The notes under the pieces are model-generated. The model searched no databases and was not told where the DNA came from. It saw only the letters and a program-made list of their open reading frames with translations. Both the position numbers and the translations under genes were made by a program. Positions 11,794 through 18,084 of a stretch of 18,084 nt of DNA are shown piece by piece; the stretch's first letter is position 1, and every line of letters begins with the position of its first letter. The DNA lies in the NCBI GenBank assembly GCA_002104945.1, contig MCFH01000198.1, positions 1 through 18,084 of the forward strand, in the 5' to 3' direction. Origin of the DNA: Piromyces finnis finn. Lineage: Eukaryota; Fungi; Neocallimastigomycota.

Positions 11794-13356
11794 ATGGAGT
11801 GATCGTTATTCATTTCTCTTTAACTACTTTTTCACCATCTGGTAAATTAGTTCAAATTGAATATGCATTAATGCTGTAAGCAAGGTGTTACAAGTATTGG
11901 TATTAAAGGTAAAAAATATAATATGAAAAAATAAACACATTTTAAAATAAAATCAATTACTTTAAGAAAAATTCAGTAAAATTGGAATGAAAGTTATAAG
12001 GAATCAATATGAATCTTTTATTATTTCCCATTGTTGAAGCACTTTTTATATATAAATATTAAAAAGAATGATCAATTTGAATAAATTAATAAGAAATGTA
12101 TTATTCATATAGAAATTTTAAATGCAATTGCATAAAATAGCGGGAATTTTTATTTATTAATAATATATTATTTTTTTCTTACTATTTATAAAATAAACTT
12201 ATAATTAATATATAGAAATATAAATAAAGTACAAAGCAATTATTAGCATTTTAGAATATAAATTATATTTAATAAAATGTTTATTAATATATTTGGAGAT
12301 TTTTTTATATAATAAAATAATGAATTAATATTAAAATATAATAAATAAATATATAAATTAATTAATTACAGCAACTAATGGTGTTGTCATTGCTACTGAA
12401 AAAAAGAGTCCATCTACTCTTGTTGATGAAACTACAGTTGAAAAATTTCACTTATTACTAACGATATTGGTATAGTTTACTCTGGTATGGGTCCAGATGC
12501 TCGTGTTTTAGTGGTAAAGCTAGAAAGGCTGCTCAAAATACAAGCGTATATATAATGGAAAACCCACCAGTCAATATGTTAGTTAAGATGTTGCTTTAAT
12601 CATGCAAGAATATACTCAAAGCGGGTAACTGGTTTAAACTTTTATAAACAAAATTATAATATTATATACATAAGCATTATATAAAACTTAATTAAAAATG
12701 CATAAATTAATTAAATCTAAATTTAATTATAAAAATTAATTATTAAAATGAATTTTTAATTTCATTGTTTCTTTTTGATTTAATTTAAATTTTAAAGTGG
12801 TGTTAGACCATTTGGTGTATCTTTTAATTGCTGGTTATGATAGTAAGGACATCCTTATTACCAAGTCGATCCTTCTGGTTATACTGGCCATGGAAAGCTT
12901 ACTGCCATTGGAAAAAATATGATTAGTGCTAAGACTTTCTTAGAAAAGAGGTAAGCAAAAAAGATATTATTATACATCTAATAAATTTCATAAATGGAAT
13001 AAATATTAAACTATTAAATAATTAAACATTCTTTTAATATTAATAATATAATAAATAATAAAAATTTTTCAATAATATCAATAACAATATTATGATATTG
13101 AAATATATATATATAAAATAATAATATTTTTTATTTTCTAACAGATATACAGAATCATTAGAATTAGAAGATGCTGTTCACACTGCTATTTAACCTTAAA
13201 AGAAGGTTATGAAGGTCAAATGACTGAAAATACTGTTGAAATCGGAATTTGTCAAATGGAAGAAATTGTTGATACTCGTGTAACACTGTCACCGTTCCAA
13301 GATTCAATAAGTTAACACCATCTGAAGTTAAAGATTATCTTGCTAACATTGCTTAA
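11794..13356 (+). CDS. PRE8: 20S proteasome subunit alpha type-2 (PRE8/PSMA2), 4 exons, with many 1-bp frameshifts in this sequence
   Basis: Exons ~11794-11908, 12372-12624, 12798-12950, 13145-13356. Frame-corrected translation: [53 protein letters not shown]..., [107 protein letters not shown]. Confidence 0.95.
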
Positions 13357-13973
13357 ATGATTAATTAGTGTATTTTTGTTAATAATTAAAACATGCAACT
13401 TCACTCAAGCAATATAATATAATTATCAAATTTAAAAAAAATTTACAATAATAATAATAAAACACAATTCATTTTTATATTTAATAAAAGTTAAACAAAA
13501 ATAATTTCAAAAAAAATAATAATAATAATAAATAAATAAAAACTAAGCAAGTCTTGCTTAAAACAAAATATTTATAATAAGAAATTAAGAATAAAAAGAT
13601 AATTAGTAAAATAAAATAAAAAAAAAATAATAATAAAAATTGCTGAGAAAAATATAATAATGATAAATTATAATATAGTAATAATTTTTCAGTATAAACT
13701 TATCATTTATATTTTTTAACTTTTTATTTAATTAAATTGTATTATATTTTTATTTTGGCTATAATAATATGAATAGTATATTGATAAATAATGTTATTTA
13801 CAAATATTTTTAAATAATTTATTTGATAATTTAATAAGTATTTTCAAATGTAATTATATTTAAATAATGTTTATATAAAATAATATGTAAGGTTTATCGT
13901 TATGTTTAGATTTCTAGCATGTTGGCTTTCTATCATGTTTTTATTGATATTACATCAAATAATAATTATTTCA

Positions 13974-15080
13974 TTATTTTAACCGTAAAGAGTAGTTTGA
14001 ATTAGCATTTAATGGAGTCGCTGAATTTGGTGAAGATGGTTCGGAAGGAGAATTTTCACCACTATATATTGGTAATTCTTGACTGTTTTTTCCAGAATTC
14101 TTATGAAAATGACAATTAGGAAAATTTGAAGTAAAGCTGAACAACCCCTAACCCATTAGGGAACCAAACATAAAATCATTGAAAATATACCATATACCAA
14201 CCATAAAAAATCCATTAATAAAAGAAGCAATAGTCATTAATGTATTATTGAACTGCTATTTTTTGACTTGATAACTTCTTTCATTGAAGTTAAAGGAGAA
14301 ACATACATAGCGCAAAGAACCGATGATACAAACAATACCCATACAATTTTTAGCTGCGTCATAATTATCTTTAAAAAGAATAAAGGAAAGTGCAGCACCC
14401 GCAATATTTAAAAAAGTGAATCCTATTAATGTTATAGATGTCCACTTAAAATCTTTTGGCTTCATATTCGAAGTAAGTAGTATTAAACATAATATTCTCC
14501 TAAGACAATGCTATTGTATAGATAATCATTTTTTAAATAAGTAAATTTATTTGATATTAATATAGTTTATTGTTTTGAATAAACCGATTCATAAATATAT
14601 TATATTGTACCTCCAAGATTTGGCCTATTAAGATATTAGTTATTATAATAATTATATATAGAGTTGAATTTATAAGGTGATCTTTCAATCCTTCAATATT
14701 AATAATAAATATCTTATTTATATTTACCAGAAAGTCCAATGATTATGAATAACAAAGGAATAAAGATTCCAACATAGACAATTACAAATAATCATTACAC
14801 TTGGAATTGGGTTTATTGTACATTGTCCATTACTTTTTTTTAAATTTGTAATTCTTTGAAAGGACTAAGAAATATAAAATACCTTTAATTTTAAAATATG
14901 TATATATATAATGTTTATTAGTAAAACTTAATTCTAATCAATCATTATTTTATATAGAATTTAAATTTTTTCTACATTTTAAATAATTTAAAACTATTGA
15001 AATACTAACGAAGTAAAGATTCCACATAATGGGAAAACTGTTTTCAGTAACAATTTCACGAGTTTACTATTGCACTCCAT
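13974..15080 (-). CDS. SWEET: SWEET family sugar transporter (two MtN3/saliva repeats), 4 exons
   Basis: Exons ~15080-15010, 14882-14728, 14624-14611 (14 nt), 14510-13974. Repeat 1: ...YFIFLSPFKEL..LKKS...INPIPSVMIICNCLCWNLYS...FWPNLGG. Repeat 2: AMYVSPLTSMKEVIKSKNSSSINTLMTIASFING..W.(YG)...(PNG.G). A hydrophilic Ser/Pro/Asn-rich tail follows. Several 1-bp frameshifts make the exact C-terminus uncertain. Confidence 0.88.
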
Positions 15081-17160
15081 TTTTTCTAAATGATATACTA
15101 ATTTTATAGTATTATAGTATGCTGTTAAATATACTCGATGTTTTTTTTTTTTTTTTCTTTTTTTTTTAATGAATTTATAATATTGATATATTTAATAATT
15201 TGAAAAATTAAATTATTAAATCAAAAAAAAAAAAAAAAAAGGCAAGATAAAGTATTAAATAGTAATGTTTCAATTTACCAACAAAAATTCCTTACAATTT
15301 TAAATTTTATTTTTATATTTATATATTTAGTAAAAGAATTTTTATTCATTGGAAGAAAATTAAAAGAAATTAATATATAATATTTTTAGTATAAAATAAG
15401 CTTTTAAAAAACTAACTAATAATCATATTAATAAAACTTAATAGTAGAAATAGTTTTATTTTTATCGTTTCAATTATAAAGAAAAATTTAAAAGAAAAAA
15501 TATGAGTTTTAAAATGTTAATATCAGAAAAAAGGTTAAATATTTATATAAATAAAATGGAGTGGAAAACTTAAAAATAAGTAAAAGGAAAAATTAATTTG
15601 TACTAATGTTATAATTAAATTATAAAATATAAAAATTAAATTTATTTTTGACATACTTAAAAATAATTCTATAAAGAATAGGAGTGTTGAATATATGGAA
15701 AGGACTTATATTAAATATATAATAACACAATGAAAGTATAAAAACATTTAATATTAGATTTTAGTATTATTATTTTTTTTTTTTTTTCAGTTTCTATTTC
15801 ACACTCATACATTTTAAATTAACATATTTTTAAAAATCATTATATGAATCATCCACAAAAAAAAAAATATGTTAACTCTCTAAATTTTATAATTTTATGT
15901 TTTTTAAATACTTATTTTATTAATCAAAATTATATACTAAATATTTACATTATAAATGGCATATACTTTATAGTAAGATACTTATGACAACAATAATATA
16001 AAAGTTTAAATATATTTATAAGATATGAAAAAATATATACTCTACACTTTCATAAGTATATAGTTTAACTTAAATTATATTAAACTTACTATTTTTATTT
16101 GATTTATTGATTACTTGGCTTTTATATATGGCCAACAATTGAATTATCCTTTGATGCTTTATTTGTTGATCTTCTTCTATTATGTGCTTTATTTAATAAA
16201 AAATGAAATTAATAAATAATATTAATATAAAGAAATAAAATCCACAACATTTTGGAATCAAATAAAAAAATCATTATATATTGTGTACTAATCAAATAAT
16301 ACTACTAAATGTAAAAGAATATCGTTAAAATTGTATAAGTATTTTCATTTTTAATATTAGTAATATATAATTCCCCTTTGTTTAAATTTTTTTTTTATAA
16401 TTAAATTATTCTAGTATAGCTTCTTGAATAAATATAAATAAATGCAAAATTCACTGGAAATGATATTACCTTTTTATCTATTCTATGTTTTTATATTAAC
16501 TATTGCTTGCAACAAATTGTTAGTATGTAAATATAAATATGAAAAATCATTGAAAATAAATATTTAATATGAAATTTATTTCTAATACTACAATTCTAAT
16601 AATTTTTTCAATAAGTATTTCATTTAAAAATATATATATAATAATTAATACTTATATATAAAGTACTACTTATCTAAAATAATTGTAATATTTAATTTGC
16701 TACAAAAACTATAAAATTTAATTTCATTATGAAAGCGGATAAATTCCATAATTTCTATTAATTTTATATAAAGTTTAAATTAATATACAAGAATTTCAAA
16801 ATTTATTAAGAAAATTTTATTTACCAAAAAAATATTAATTCAACATCTTATATATTAAATTGAAATAAATGTGGATGTTTACCAAAAATTAAAGAATTTT
16901 ATAGTAATTAAATATTAGAGATGGTATGCATATATATGAATGAATTATTACTTCATACTTAATAATATTATACAAAAAAAACCTTTCCATATCATGAAAT
17001 TTTATCCTTTTAATAAATCATACTAAAATATAAAAATAAATGTAACTTTTTTTTTTATTTATTTAAAATGTTTATACATTAAATTTAATATATTTTATAA
17101 TAGATTGTTTTCAATATAGGAATATAATATCAATAAGTATTATATATATATTCTATTATT

Positions 17161-17273
17161 TTTTGTTTACTTGTTTATTTATTTTGTATTTTTTTGTTTG
17201 TTTTGTTTTGTTTTTTGTTTACTTGTTTATTTTATTTTGTATTTTTTTGTTTTGTTTTGTTTTGTTTTGTTTG
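17161..17273 (+). repeat. Degenerate two-copy tandem repeat (~55-60 nt unit starting TTTTGTTTACTTGTTTATTT) with internal (TTTTG)n
   Basis: TTTTGTTTACTTGTTTATTT(T)ATTTTGTATTTTTTTGTTT occurs twice in tandem, each followed by TTTTG repeats; it explains the spurious 74-aa F/C-rich ORF. Confidence 0.8.
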
Positions 17274-17511
17274 TGTTTTTTTTTAATATTCTTTTACTTT
17301 TTTATACCTTATCTTTTATTTTATTTTTTTTTTTTATTTATTGTTAATTTTTTTTCTATGCTTATTTGTTTATATGTTTATATATAGTTATCCTTGTATT
17401 AAAGGAAATAATAATGATTATTTACTACTTGTTAAATCTTTACATAACTTTTATAGATTTCTAGAAAAACATCCTTTTATTACTTGATTCCTTCATTCTT
17501 ATATTATGATT

Positions 17512-18084
17512 TTACATAATAAATTCTTCATTCATATTCATTGGATGACTAGTAGAAAGCTGTGGAATTTGCTTGAAATTCTTTTCTCTCAACTTGTCTA
17601 ATTGAGTTAATAATTGAGAGTAAGTTAAGTTTGGATTTTCATTTAAAACAGTAATAAATGCATATGACATAGCACCAGTAGCTTGATTATTAATTTTAGC
17701 ATCAGCAGAAGTTTGATTATCTCTACAACCAGAGAATTGAATTACATCAGCATCATGCTTTTTTTCTATTATAGCTTGATTATTTGTTTTGTTACCACTT
17801 AAATTTGAAAAATCAATTGATCCATCAAAAAGCCAGAAGGGAACTAGTAATCATAGCTTGATCACCTTGAATAAAACTACCAACAATATTGACAGCTTTT
17901 TGAAGATTTCCTTACGAACATCATTTTCAATAACTTCAATGGATCCATCACATTGGTAGGTGTATGGAAGATCCATAACAGTACCAGAGTGACAGGAATC
18001 AAAAATGGCAGTTAATCTACAACCTTTTGGTAATGGTGTAACTAAATTTTCATAAATCTCATCATCAAGAATTTGACCCTTTGA
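17512..18084 (-). CDS. MCA1: Type I metacaspase (Yca1/Mca1-like), 3' part; 5' end lies beyond the window
   Basis: SKGQILDDEIYENLVTPLPKGCRLTAIFDSCHSGTVMDLPYTY contains the catalytic Cys in DSCHSG (codon 17994-17992). After one frameshift near 17830-17845: ADVIQFSGCRDNQTSADAKINNQATGAMSYAFITVLNENPNLTYSQLL...KQIPQLSTSHPMNMNEEFIM*. Confidence 0.93.

Noticed and set aside
14557-14739. 60-aa minus-strand ORF
   Set aside because: It mostly reads through SWEET introns; composition is intronic (I/N/L-rich).
17163-17387. 74-aa hydrophobic ORF
   Set aside because: Translation of a T/G low-complexity repeat.

Overview
Extremely AT-rich, intron-dense eukaryotic DNA, most likely from an anaerobic gut fungus (Neocallimastigomycota). 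This is inferred from base composition, short GT-AG introns, and the co-occurrence of a type I metacaspase and a SWEET transporter. Six host genes can be read by hand: the 5' part of a UBA/UBX-type Cdc48/p97 adaptor (-), NatB auxiliary subunit MDM20/NAA25 (+, 17 exons), a GCK-III/MST3-like Ste20 kinase (+, 14 exons), proteasome alpha-2 PRE8 (+, 4 exons), a SWEET sugar transporter (-, 4 exons) and the 3' part of a metacaspase (-). The most unusual element is at 1-540: a GC-richer, poly(A)-tailed, 5'-truncated segment. It carries degraded restriction-like endonuclease motifs (RPADV...YDIQV...SGDLG...RLSI..QR) and a structured 3' UTR, and appears to be a non-LTR retrotransposon inserted into exon 3 of the UBX gene. 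Many genes have 1-bp frameshifts, mostly in homopolymers and very dense in PRE8. These most likely reflect consensus errors rather than pseudogenisation. All calls come from manual translation and motif recall; no database search was run.
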